Assembly (NCBI RefSeq): GCF_018350175.1
Contig: NC_058382.1
Span: forward strand, 59,088,001-59,152,000
Direction of reading: 5' to 3'
Source of the DNA: Felis catus
Taxonomy: Eukaryota
Length of the DNA stretch: 64,000 nucleotides
The position numbers were made by a program, and so were the translations under genes. The notes below the pieces were generated by a model, which had not been told where the DNA came from, did no database searches, and was given only the letters and a program-made list of their open reading frames with translations. Position 1 is the stretch's first letter. Each line of letters begins with the position of its first letter. Positions 35,644 to 47,257 of the stretch are shown piece by piece.

Positions 35644-36289
35644 ATGCTGGGTAGGCGTGTAACCAGGGCTCCAGCTGGGTCTGTCCGCCTTCCTCTGGGC
35701 TTGGGCTCTGTGCGCGTGCAGGCCCCCCTGGTGGTGGCAGGACGGCTGCCGGAGCACCTGGAGCAAGCAGCCTTCCCAGGCAGAGGGGACCCTCCCCCCT
35801 CCCACGGGCAATCAGTCCTTCCTCTGCCAGACTGAGCCTCTCTCCCAGAGCCCACCCCAATCCTAGTAACAGTTGTCAGGGGGCCCCAGGACCCGATTGG
35901 CTGAAGCCTGGGTCCCTGAACCAATCACTGGCAGGGGGAGGAGCTTGCCTGGCCACCTTACGACTGGGACTCCGCCCTCCATCTGTGGGGGCTCTCAGCG
36001 CCCCCCCACCCCGCGGCAGGTCCCCTGGGAGAGGGGTAGAAAGTTGAAAAAGTCGGGTTCTCTCGGGTGCCAGGAGGGTGTGGATGCCAGTGGTGCTCAC
36101 GACAGGACCCATTTCACAGATGAACGAGTGAGGCTCTGCCCAGACTCAGGGCAGGCCAGTCAAGCACTTGAAACTTAGTATGTTTTGGCTTCAAAAGGTT
36201 TGCCTTCATCTCTCCCCTTAAGTTGGGGACACGGGCCGAGCGGCTTCGTAGACTACTAACAGTCTCCCAGCCATCCGTGGGGGCGGCTC

Positions 36290-36680
36290 GAGGGCCCGCT
36301 GGCAAAGGATGGATGCACAAACTGAGGTCCGTCCACATGGCCCGATATGATTGGGCCTCGAGAAAGAAGGAAGCGCCCGCATGCCCCACAACACGGGTTA
36401 ACCCTGAGGACAGTCGCAGAAAGGCCAACCCATGATTCCCTTGACGTGGAGCACCTGGAGGGGTCAGATGCACGGAGACAGGAAGGAGCTGGTGGGTGCG
36501 AGGAGGGGGACGGTGGGCAGTGACGGGTGTGACGGGTGGGGAGAGTGGGAAGGTTCCGGACAGGTTCTAGGTGATGTCGCCCGGAACGGATGTACCTGAT
36601 TCCACACAGCCACACGCTGAAACGCGGTGAGAGCGGCAAATTTTACGTCGTGTGCATTTCACCCCAACTTTAGAAAATTA
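36290..36680 (+). mobile_element. L1MB-like 3' end fragment
   Basis: 'GGATGGATGCACAAACTGAGGTCCGTCCAC...ACAACACGGGTTAACCCTGAGGACA...ATGATTCCCTTGACGTG...GCAAATTTTACGTCGTGTGCATTTCACCCCAA'. Confidence 0.75.
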
Positions 36681-38803
36681 GTAGTTCTTTTTGTTTTTCG
36701 GTTTTTTTAAGTTGTGTTTCTGAGGAAGCCAGCATCTCAACCCTGGCGCACAGCGATTTTGCAGGCGTGCTTACATTTGTCACTACCCTGCTCCCTCGAA
36801 AGCCTTCCCGAACCCGTGAGCCGTGCTAGTGTTGGCTGTCCCTAATTCTCCCGAACGTTATCCAGAAAGTGAGCGGCGGACACACTTGTAAATGTCTACC
36901 CCCACCCGACACCACCACTTGGCCTGACGTTAGAAATGAATGATTTTCCATGATACCCCTGACTCTGTTGTGTGTCCTATGAACACCAAATGTTACTCGT
37001 CTCTACTTTTAGGAAAGCGTGGCCTTGTGTGTCGGCCGCCTTCCCCGCCCGCACAGGCACTGCCCACGTGGGGCCCGGGAGCCAAGGGCTCCCTTCACTC
37101 AGCGCGGCCTCGCCTCTCTTCCCAGCCAGAAGGCCCCCACCCCCGGGGCCGAATCCACATGGTCAGGGACAAGGTGGATTTCATCAGCTCCACAAGCACA
37201 TGAAGTGGGCCCGTACTTTGTACAACACGTGTTTGGCAAATGATTCCCTGCGGGTTGCAGAAAGCCAGATGGAGGAAGTTTTCTAAGTGCGATGTCAGAA
37301 TTTTACATCTGCTGATCCCAACAAGTGCACGGGGCCAATGAGAAGTGAATTGTTTGTTCACAAAATCTGACAGCACGGATGTGGTTGCGGGGGCGTGTGC
37401 AAATCGAGAAGGCAAAGGCCACGGTGTCCACAACCCCCACCGGGCCCGGGGCATTGCCGGAAGAAGTCCGAGCATTACCTGGACGAGTTCCCAGTTTGAC
37501 AGACAAGGAAACTGAGACCCACAGTGAGTTGCCCACGGCTGCCCGAGGGTAGAACTTGGATCTGGGGCTCCGTGGGCTCAGCGTGGTGTCCTTCAGCCTC
37601 CGCCATGCCGGACGAGCCGTTGGCAAATGGCCCTTGGCCACGTGGTGTTGCTTCTGTTGGCACAGCCATTCACTGCTCTTGCTTGTGTGCCCGCTTTCCC
37701 CTCCGATTCCTGATTTCCCTGAGCACAGCAGGGGAGGAGAGGAGGAGCCCCTCTACAGGGCAGTTAGCTGACCTCGTGCCTGGCGCGTAACAAGGGACTA
37801 ATAATGGTGAGTCACACTACAATAAGGAGGGGCCAACGCGACCGCAACCTGGATGTCCGTAGGGGGCGAGAGGGAGGGCCTGGCCGCGGTGGAAGGGTTG
37901 GGGGAGATGGCTAGCAGAGAGAGGGGCTGCGGACCATATTCAAGCTGAGAGGCGGGAGGCTGGTCACCAGGAGTCCTTTTTTGAAGACTAAGATGGCGGT
38001 GTGAGCTACTTTGGAAGCTGTGTGGGTCGTCCAGTTATCCCTCCAGATCCATTCCTCACGACACTCTGTGCCCCTGCGTGGACTCCTCGATAGGGGCTCC
38101 CGCCTCCTGCTTCCCGTTTCCCTTTTGGGTTTGGCCAGCGGTCACGCCAGCAGCAGACTGAGCAGAGGGAGCCAGGGAGCAGAGGGAGGCTGGGGCGCTT
38201 CTTTCCTGCTCCCACCGTGCCTGGCTGCAGCTCTCCCAGCTCTCTCCTCGCCCTCTCCAGCCCAGCTGGCGACGGCTCCCTGCTCTCCCCAGTCCTTTGC
38301 CGGTTCCCCAAAACCCTACGTTGACTCTGTGAACGCACCCGCCCTGGACACCCTCTCGGGTTACCTATCGAGGATGCTGCTTTCTTGGTAAGACCGTGAC
38401 TGATATAGGAGTTGACAGTCAAATCACAGCGGTGTTGACATCTAAATTCAAGGTGAGGATATTACGTATTCTGTACGGTTTTGAAATCCCCTTAAGATCC
38501 CACGTCAAAGGAATGAAGTTTGAGGGAAAAGTAACCCGAGGCCCCGGCTGCTTCTGCAGGCGTCAGACGTCTGCAGAGATCAGGGCCTGTTCTGAGGCCA
38601 CAGCGACCCTCTCCCACATTGCCCCCAGACAGAAGGGATTCTGAGGTCTTGGGCTGGTCTGGGACTTAAGTTTGAGGTCACTCTACTGTCTTATAAGATT
38701 CCATTCTTTTTTAGTCCGTCCTCCCTTCCTTTCCCCCATTCTTCACAAAGCAAGGAGCCAAAGAAAACAGACGTAAACCCCTTCTGGAACTTCTAACCCC
38801 ATT

Positions 38804-40127
38804 CTGCAGTTACACACTGAGGTCCTTGGACCCCGGGGATTGTGAGGACCCCTTCGGGATCTATGAGGCCACACCACTTCGTAACACGAACACGTTACTC
38901 GCCTTTTTCAGTGTTGATATTTGCATGACCGTTCAGAATCAAGTGTGGGCAAAACTTCTGGTGCCTTAGCACAGATCGCACCAAAGCGCATTGACTGGGC
39001 ACCGTGTTTATCACCATCGCGTGGTTACAGTAAACGCTTCGTTCAGGAATGTCCTCGATGGGCCTGTAAGATTGTTAACGTCACCAAATCTCCACCCTCG
39101 AGTAAATGCCTTCTTCATACTCAGTTGGGTGAAATGGGAACTATAAAAGGCACGAAAACCACACCCAGCGTCCGGGGATCTCCAGGAAAAGCACACGTGA
39201 GCTGAGCCATCCACTTTTCTCATGGAACGCTCTGCTGAGAGCATGATCGCCAGACAAACTATTGTCATGCAAACCAGCGTCCTCAGACATTTTTCTTGAG
39301 AAGGAACACTGAGCCTGTCACTTCCAGAAAAAACTCAAACGTTTAAGCAAAAACTAGAATTTCTGGAGAAGGTGTATCTGTCACGGTGAGTGTGACCACT
39401 CCCCAGTAGGCAAAAGACTTTTCTGGTGAGAGCAGTGGTAATATTAGCAAATGTGAGTTTTCGGGCTGCATAACGGAATATGTCAACATTCGAGAGAGCC
39501 GCATAACCCAGTGAACCCACGCCTTCTGCAGGACCTGCTTCCCGTGTTATAAGGTCATGCATGCACAAGAGAGCCGTACAAAGTGCAAGATGGATCCGTG
39601 GGTTTTAATGTAACAGGGTAAAAAGCTCATTAATTTGGTTTTAGGTTCCACACTGCTACAGATCTTTAAGGAATTATCTCTTGTCGAGTTTTGGTGTAGT
39701 ATTAAAGAATAATACCCACGATGGTCCAGAAAAACTACTCAGGTACCTATCAATTTCCAACTACGTATCTATGTGTGCCCAGGTCTCTTCCATTAGCTCT
39801 GTGAGCCAAGCGCATTGCACCAGATCAAATGCCGTAGCAGAAGAGAGAATCCAAAGGTTTCCGGCTAAGCCGGGCAGTAAATGGATTTGAAAAATGTAAA
39901 ACGATGTGAATCTTCTCACTGCTTTTGTATTTTGCAAAATATAATGGTTTTCTCAAAATTACGTTACGTGAACGTATCACAGGATTACTTTTGTACTCGT
40001 TTATATGACTTAATGCATACAATATTTAAACGTTTACCAGTTTCAGTGTCAGATTCTGTAAATATCAATAGCTATAAGGCGCATACGCAAACTCTTAGCG
40101 ATCCTCAAGTTTGAAGAATCGGAACTG
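38804..40127 (+). mobile_element. hAT-Charlie DNA transposon (Charlie1a-like), near full length, with transposase pseudo-ORF remnants
   Basis: Remnant peptides VGKTSGALAQI and KIVNVTKSPPSSKCLLHTQLGEMG (cf. Charlie/Buster 'VGKTAGALARI...KIINFIKSRPLSTRLFNILCDEMG') and LVEFWCSIKE*YP (hAT C-terminal dimerisation region); decayed terminal sequences at both ends. Confidence 0.88.
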
Positions 40128-41331
40128 AGGTTCAGAAGTTCAGGACCCCGGGGCCTGGGGCCCGGGAGCGGTACGGCAGGTGCTCCCATCTGCTGAGCCT
40201 GAATAAGGGCCAGGCAAGGCCCAGCAGCCACCCCCTCTTTGGAGCCTCACGAAGCTCATACCGCTAGTAAACGATGTACGAGAGATTAAGGGTCTGGCCA
40301 GGGTCAGACTGCCCAAGGGGGCTAGGCTTTGGCTCCATCAGTTTGGAAGCTGTGTGTCTCTAGGTCAGTTCATTCCTTCTCTGAGCCTCACCTGGAAATG
40401 GGGGCTCCAGTGGCTCCCACCGACAAGTGTGTATGGGAACTAAGTCATAGGGGAGATGGCGGCAGTGAGCATATGACAAGCAGGCGTGTGGGCCGGTGCG
40501 TTCCCTGCCCAAGTCCTCACCGTGTCGTCCATGCAGCCCCTAACCCGGGCGCTGTCACCCCTTCCTGTTTGTAACCAGGAGAATGAGGCTACTTGTGAAG
40601 GTGAAGGAGACTGTGCCTGTCACACACAAAGACCGGAAAACCCACATCTCTTTGATGCGTTTCTACTGCTATGCCAGGGCTCTGCCAGATTTTTCCCCGA
40701 GGGGCAAGGATGTGCCTTGGGCAGCAGGGAGCCTCACACCCAGAGGGAAGAAATGCTTCTGCTTTCCTGGCCGCCAGCCAAAGGCTTGCTTAGAAACCTC
40801 CCGTGGGGGAGAAGGAAGACACAGCCCACTGAGATCGCCCTTCCCGGATCCTTGAGAAACAGGTATTTCATGCTGTGTTTGCGTACAGGAGCCGCTAACA
40901 ATCCCTGTGCTTGTCTGCCTGGCAGTTGGGTAATTTCACAAATTGGCTTTTACTGGCAAGGGAGGTGGGCGGATGTGGGTGGTGGAATATTCCGCTAGGT
41001 CGCAGGTTCAGGTTCAGATCTGGCCTGGCTGCCGGAGACTCCAGGGCTTATGCAGAAAAACCGTTCGTCTGTTTGGACTGGGGACCGGGGTCAGTGCCTT
41101 CAGCCACCGGGTGTCCATTAAGACGTACTAGGTTCCAGGCCCTGTGCGACGTGCTGAAGGCACCGTGGTGAGCAAGACGGACAGAGTTCACGTCCTCAGA
41201 TGAGTCTCAGTCTCGAACAAAAAGGAGATGATCACACACGCTTCAACAGACGAAGATTTAGGGTGCCAGACTCACCCCTTCCTCGTCTGGTTTCTCGTGG
41301 TGGAGAAATAACTACGTGAATAAGCAAATTT

Positions 41332-41533
41332 AGATTTTTTTAATGCTTACTTATTTTTGAGAGAAAGAGAGGAGGGGGAGGGGCAGAGAGAGGGGAAGAC
41401 ACAGAACCCGAAGCGGGCTCCAGGCTCCGAGCTGTCAGCACAGAGCTTGACACGGGGCTCGAACCCACGAACCGTGAGATCGTGACCTGAGCCGAAGTCG
41501 GAGGCTTAACCGACTGAGCCACCCGGGCGCCCC
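41332..41533 (-). mobile_element. Can-SINE
   Basis: Antisense SINE; 15-bp TSD TGAAT[A/G]AGCAAATTT with one mismatch. Confidence 0.95.
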
Positions 41534-41644
41534 TGAATGAGCAAATTTTAAAAATATGTCAGTATATCTAAAGATGTGGCTCAAAGCCACTTGGTTTTTG
41601 TTTCTTTGTTTTTGTTTTCTGTATCTTCCTGTCATTTCCCAGAG

Positions 41645-41770
41645 CAGTGCTCCTCAAACCCAGGCCCTGTGTCCGCCCGCCTGGGGTGGGCCTGGGACTC
41701 TGCGTCTGTACCACGCTCCCAGGAGATGCTGAGGCTGCTGGTTGGGGACCACACTTCTGGGAGCAAGGCT
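41645..41770. mobile_element. MER5A-like hAT fragment
   Basis: 'CAGTGCTCCTCAAAC...CTGGGGTGGGCCTGGGACTCTGC...CTCCCAGGAGATGCTGAGGCTGCTGG...GGACCACACTT'. Confidence 0.7.
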
Positions 41771-41784
41771 TCCTTAGAGTGTCT

Positions 41785-41835
41785 GTTCAGTGCCTAGAAC
41801 AGAGCCTGGCACATAGTAGGTGCTAAACAAACATG
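41785..41835 (+). mobile_element. L2 3' terminus
   Basis: 'CAGTGCCTAGAACAGAGCCTGGCACATAGTAGGTGCT'. Confidence 0.8.
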
Positions 41836-44721
41836 ACAGTCAGTCATGCCTAACTCTCAGGGCCAAGATCTCGTGTCTTCCTCTGGCCCACAGGCCCTCC
41901 ACTAACTCTGGATCTCTGACCAGCGATGAATGAGCCCGGAAGGCACCAAGGCCGGCATGGGAAGCGATGGGCCGGACAGACGGGCACTGCCCCCCTTTCC
42001 TCCGTAACTCTCCACATCTATGAATTACGTACGATTTCACTTACGTGTAACCCAAAACCTCATGTTGCCACACCAATCCCACCGCACCTCCCAAAATGAG
42101 GGCCAGTGGAGCACAGTGGCCCCGCCCGGCACGCAAGCATTAGCCCCGAGACTGTTCGGCCTCCAGAGCTCCGCGACTCAGTGTGGGCTCTGTTTATTAT
42201 TCTAGAGAAGCAATTTTCAAGGGGGTTGAAATACTTGTTAAAATTAAGGTAAAGAATGTAAACCACAGCCAGGCTCATTCACCTTCCGCTTCAAAAGCCT
42301 CTTGTTTCTGTGGGCACCACTCTCCTGCAGGTCCCGATTAGCTGCGGTGGAAAATACGGCCAGCGGCGCCGAGGACGGGCAGAGCCGGGCCGAGGAGTGT
42401 GGCCGTCTCCGGGGCGTGCACAGCTGTCCCGGGGCTGGAGGCACCTGCTGGGCTCCTGAGAAAACTGCCCTGAACAGTTGAAGAAAGCCAGCCGATGAGC
42501 TTGACAAACGATTCAAGGAGAAGACAGAAGTCTGCAAAATCCGCGGGTGTCTTGGGGACCTGCCATCCTCTTGGGGTTCACTCTTGTCTCTTAACGAACG
42601 AGGGAGACGTCCCACTGTGGGCTGACGAGTCTCGGGACCTCAGCGACTGTGGAGCTGTCAAAGGGCTAAGGTGGAGCATTTTGGCAACTTTGAAAACCGA
42701 AAGGCAGAGCCCTTCGGGGAAAACCACGAGGGACTGCTTCTGTCACAGACAATGCGGCTTCTGGTCCCAAGGAATTGCTACTCCCAAGCAGCTTATTTTT
42801 TGCGGACATTTCCCCTTAGGAAAAATAGTAACGTGGGACAGCTCTCTGGGGAGGGCTGGGCTTGGAGGGGACCTGGGGGGGCCTGGAAAACCGTGTTCGT
42901 GCAGCTGTGGCCCCTGGCGGCTTGCAGGGAATGCCGTTCTCAGAGTAGTCCATCCACACGGGCAGAGGCAGTTTCAAAAGGCTCTCTCCAGCTTCCTCTG
43001 GAGAGGAGATCAATGAGGAAAATGATGAATTAAAAAAAAAAAAATCAACGAATCTGAGCTTTTTCTCAAAGTGGGCTCAGATTCAAGTTTAGGCCACGTC
43101 TTCGACGGCCGTTAGCACCAGGTGCACTCAGCACGGTTCTGACTGGTGATTCGCTGCTCCTGGTGGAGATTTCAGGATGCGGCTTCCCCAGCTCTTCTGC
43201 TGTTCAGGAGCCCGATGTCAGCAAGCCACAGCCCCCACTCCCCCCACCCCCTCACCGCCCCCCCTCCACCCCACGACTTTGGGAACACCTTCCATTTCCA
43301 CACGTAGACTAACGAGGGGCAGAAAGCAAGGCCGTGGGTGGGGCGGTCAGGACTGCAGCCAGGGGGGTGGGTGCTGAACCCCCTGCTCGTGAATTGCTCA
43401 GGGGGCCTCGGCCATGCACGGAGCCTCCAATGCCCCAGGACTGCTCTCTGCGAAGGGGCCAGCATGGATCACCGGCCAGGGACTCGGTTCTTGGGGACTG
43501 TTCGTGTTTGTGTCCTGACATCATTAAAGTCTGTTGGCCCCAGATTAGAAATCAGGTGATACACCCGACAGGATTTAGGGGAGACTTAGGGAGATTACAG
43601 AAGGTTCCTCTTCAGCCTTAGAGCTGAACGTCCAGCATGTCCGAGGAGGCTCTGGTGCGCATCTGGTGTGAATCAGAAGGTCAGACAACCAGGAATGCTC
43701 GCGTTGGAAGGCAGGCAGGGGAAGGAGGCTGTCCCAGCTCAGGGAGGACAGATGCCCTTTTCCTCCTCTTCTCTGTCCTCCTCGAGCCTCAGCGCCTTGG
43801 ATGACGCCCGCCCGCAGTGGGGGGCCCCCTGCTTTACTCAGCGCACCTGCTCCAATGCTGGTCTCTTCCAGACGTGACCAGAAAGACCGTTTCACCAGCG
43901 ATCTGGGCGTGTGAGCCCGGGCAGCTCAACAGACAAAACTCACCATCGTGTCTACAAACCAATCCCTGGCTTGTTTTCAAAAGCGTCTCTTCTTGTGAGC
44001 CTGTGGAGCCCCCTCATCTCTGCTGCCCTGTTGGGATGTGTGACAGGTGTCCACCATTTCCAAGTGATGAACGCGGATTTGAGCTTCTGCCGGTACGGGG
44101 CTGTCGCAGCAGGGCAGAGTGGAGCCCCTGGCACCTTTACTTTGGGGAGCAACGTCGCAGGAAAGGTGCTATGCTTCCTGGGGCTGAAGGCATGGGTGCT
44201 GATGGCGTCTGCGTGGTCACTTAAGAGCTGTGCAGCCAGGTGACGGGCGGGGGCGAGGTGGGGTGGCTGCGGCCTGCTGGGCCCTCTCGGGGGTCTAGGA
44301 GAGACGAGATGCCAGGCATTCAGCAATTCCAGCCCGGCACATTCCTCCTTTTGAATCTATCACAGCAGAGCTCCGAGGCCAGGGCTTAGCAAATGGAGGG
44401 TAATTTGGGGTGGTGGGTGGTCCCACAATCGCCAGGCAATGACACAGGAGGCAGCCGTCCCCTCCAACAGACCACAGACATGCCCATTTATCCAGCCGCT
44501 CGGGAGGCTCGGGGTCACACACCCCTTCCCCTCGGAAGCCACGTCGGGTCTCCACGTCAGGGCCTGGGACATGCTGAGCTCCTCTGTGGGCTGCAGCAGC
44601 CACCATGGCAACAACTGGCAAGAGGAAGCTTGCGTTTCACCGCTCGAGGAGGGAAATGGCAAAGGTTCTTCCAGAAGGCGAAAGTCACTGCCGTGCGTCC
44701 TTCAGGGGAAGCCTGAAGGGG

Positions 44722-44769
44722 TTCCCAGGGGAAGACCTTCCCAGGGGAAGGCCTTCCCAGGGGAAAACC
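44722..44769. repeat. 3 x 16-bp tandem repeat TTCCCAGGGGAA[GA/GG/AA]CC
   Basis: Units start at 44722, 44738 and 44754. Confidence 0.95.
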
Positions 44770-45191
44770 TACCAGTCTCCTAAATCCGGTTCTGACGGTC
44801 CTTCCCCCTCCCTCCACCGTGTGTCAGGGTTTGTGAGCCATGCAGTTCGGGTCGCTCTAACTTCTGTGGGGGGAAGAGGATCGGCGGGGTCGGTCCTCCC
44901 GAGCCAGTCAGAGGGTCTTCCGCAATCCAGCGTCTGAGGGAGGGGCCGCAGGCTCCTGGCGTCACGCTCACAGCCGGAGGCCAAGTGCACAGGAGCCCGT
45001 CCATGCTGGGGCTGGCGCAGGGCAGACAGATTCCCCGAAGTCTAGTCAAGAGCAGGGGAGGGGCTGGCGGTGGTGCAGGTGGTGGTGGAGGGGAGGCAGA
45101 CAGGACATCTGCCAGGTGCCCACGACCCTCTGAGCTCTCAGCAGATGCTGTGCCCCTGTCACACCATCTGGGATACCAACCAGACCACTTT

Positions 45192-45399
45192 TAATTAAAA
45201 AAAAAAATGCTTATTTATTTATTTTGAGAGTGTGCAAGCAGGGGAGGGACAGAGAGAGAGGGGAAGAGAAAAACCCAAGCAGGCTCCGCACTGTCAATGC
45301 AGAGCCCGACGTGGGGCTCGAACCCACGAACTGTCAGATCATGACCTGAGTTGAGATCAAGAGCCCGAGGCTCAACCGCCTGAGCCCCCCGGGTGCCCC
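45192..45399 (-). mobile_element. Can-SINE (older)
   Basis: Antisense SINE; TSD AACCAG[A/G]CCACTTT. Confidence 0.93.
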
Positions 45400-45442
45400 G
45401 TAACCAGGCCACTTTAACCCCTCCTCTGGAGGGGTTCGGAGT

Positions 45443-46172
45443 GGGCTTGTCAGATTTAGCAAATAAAAACACAAGATGCCCAGTTCGATGGGGATTTCAG
45501 ATAACCAATTGTATCCATTTCCTGGGGTGACCCTAAGGACACATCACAAACCGGGGGCTTGAAACAACGGAGATCTATTGTCTCCCGGCTCTGGAGGCCA
45601 GAACCAGAATCAAGGTGTCTGCAGGGCTGTGCTCCTTCCGGAGGCTGGAGCGGAGGGTCCTTCCTGCTTGGCCCAGCCCCCCAGGGGCTCCCGGCGTCCC
45701 TGGAGGTGCCTCGGCTTGTACTCACGTCCCTTCGGTCTATCTCCAGGGTCACACACAGCGCCCCGGTGTTCCCTGTGTTCTCACGTGCTGCTTTTAGGAC
45801 ACCAGGCCCTGGATTTAGGGCCCACCCTCATCCGGTGTGACCTCATCTTACCTCGTTTCATTTGTGACGACCCCGTTTCCAGATAAAGTCACATCTGGCG
45901 GGTCCAGGGGGATGCTACTCAACCCACAACAACAATGAATCTTTTTTTAGTCGTGTGGGACATGTTTTACGGTAAAACTCACCGTTTTTTATTTGAAACG
46001 AAAATATTGCAGAGGATAAGCTTCTGTCAAAGTTATTCATTTTTATCTGAAATTCAAATATCGCGTGGGACATACTTGTGTTCTAAAAAAGTCTTTGCTG
46101 TTTACCTGCAGTTCGAACACGGCATGGCACATACTTGTACTAAAACTGATTCCTATTCGACCTGGCGGCCCC
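45443..46172 (+). mobile_element. MER53 non-autonomous DNA transposon, split by an LTR and internally amplified
   Basis: Left end GGGCTTGTCAGATTTAGCAAATAAAAACACAAGATGCCCAGTT...ATTTCAGATAA, internal TTTATCTGAAATTCAAAT and GTGGGACATACTT, right end CCTGGCGGCCC; matches the recalled MER53 consensus. Confidence 0.8.
45510..45931 (-). mobile_element. ERVL-MaLR solo LTR (MLT1C-like) nested in MER53
   Basis: TG...CA ends, 'GGCTTGAAACAACGGAGAT...TCTGGAGGCCAGAA...AATCAAGGTGTC...GGATTTAGGGCCCACCCT...CAACCCACAACA'; 5-bp TSD CCAAT / ACAAT. Confidence 0.88.
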
Positions 46173-47116
46173 GTCCCTGAGTCCCCGGGCGTCTGTGTCC
46201 TGCCCTTTCCGAAGAGCTGCCTCCTTGGCCCCCTGCATTCCTGGGAGGGGGCCTCCCCACGCCTGAAGCATTGCAAGTGTCCCTCTGTGCCCCCCACCCC
46301 ATCCTCTCAGCCCCCACCTGCATGGGGAGAGGCAGCTCGGAGGTTGGAAGCCGACGACACTGTTCTCCCCTTCCCGGATGGGGGCAGGGAAGGAAATGCT
46401 TTCGTGAAGTTGCAAGGCAGGAAAGAAGGATGGATGGGCGACTCCTTTCCTTCCCTCCATCGGGGCGGTGCTGAGCTCGCTGCCTGAGCAGAGACCCCAG
46501 AACTGGACCAGCCCCTCAGGTACCGGGGGCCGGACCAGCAGAGCTGGGGCTGCCTCTTCGTGAATTCAGCAAAACGTACTAAGCAACACTTGTTACCGGG
46601 AGAGGACGCACACATCCGCAGCCGTGAGCCTGATCCGTGCCGGGCGGCCGCACACCACACGGCTTGGGGTCAGCGCGATGGATGTGTCCTGCTCTGCCCC
46701 CAGCCCCACGTCGGCACATCACCTCTTTCCGTTCTCACGACAACCTGGTCGGTTCCCTGAGCCTTAGTGTTTCCCTGTTTGCACCCGGGGTGGGGGTGGG
46801 GGGCTCAGAGAGGTGGGGGGCGGTGTCACGCGGTCAGTAAGCGAAGGAGTGGGACTTGAATCTACTCCCCCACACCTGACTCAGAGCCCACACACACTCG
46901 CAAACCCGGGCGCCCGAGGCTGTCCGCCAAGCTGGCCGTGCGTGCTTGGACCCACTCCACAAGTGGGGGTGCATTCCACCAAGCACCAGAGGCCGTGCAA
47001 GGTTCAAGGGATACCCTGCAGCATCACACATCGTCCTGGGGCCTCTGGAGTCTCTGTCCATTTGCAGGGGGCGGGGACTGCCATGGCAGAAGATGAAGAA
47101 TGGCAGATGGGAAAGA

Positions 47117-47257
47117 GTGCGTGTGCGAGTGTGCGTGAGCACAGGAGTGTATGTGTGTACATGCGTATGTGGCTGTGCATGTGCACACGTCTGTATATGG
47201 TTGTGTGCATGTGTGTCTATGTGTGTGCACCTGTGCGTGTATGTGTGTGCGTGTGTG
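47117..47257. repeat. Degenerate (TG)n / alternating purine-pyrimidine tract
   Basis: Direct reading. Confidence 0.9.

Noticed and set aside
38000..38410. Possible ERVL LTR ending GACTGATATA
   Set aside because: Only the terminus is suggestive; family not assignable by eye.
46065..46088. miR-1302-like sequence as a real miRNA gene
   Set aside because: Diverged, the complementary part of the left arm appears missing and the remainder is displaced by an LTR; no hairpin support, so reported only as a MER53 derivative.
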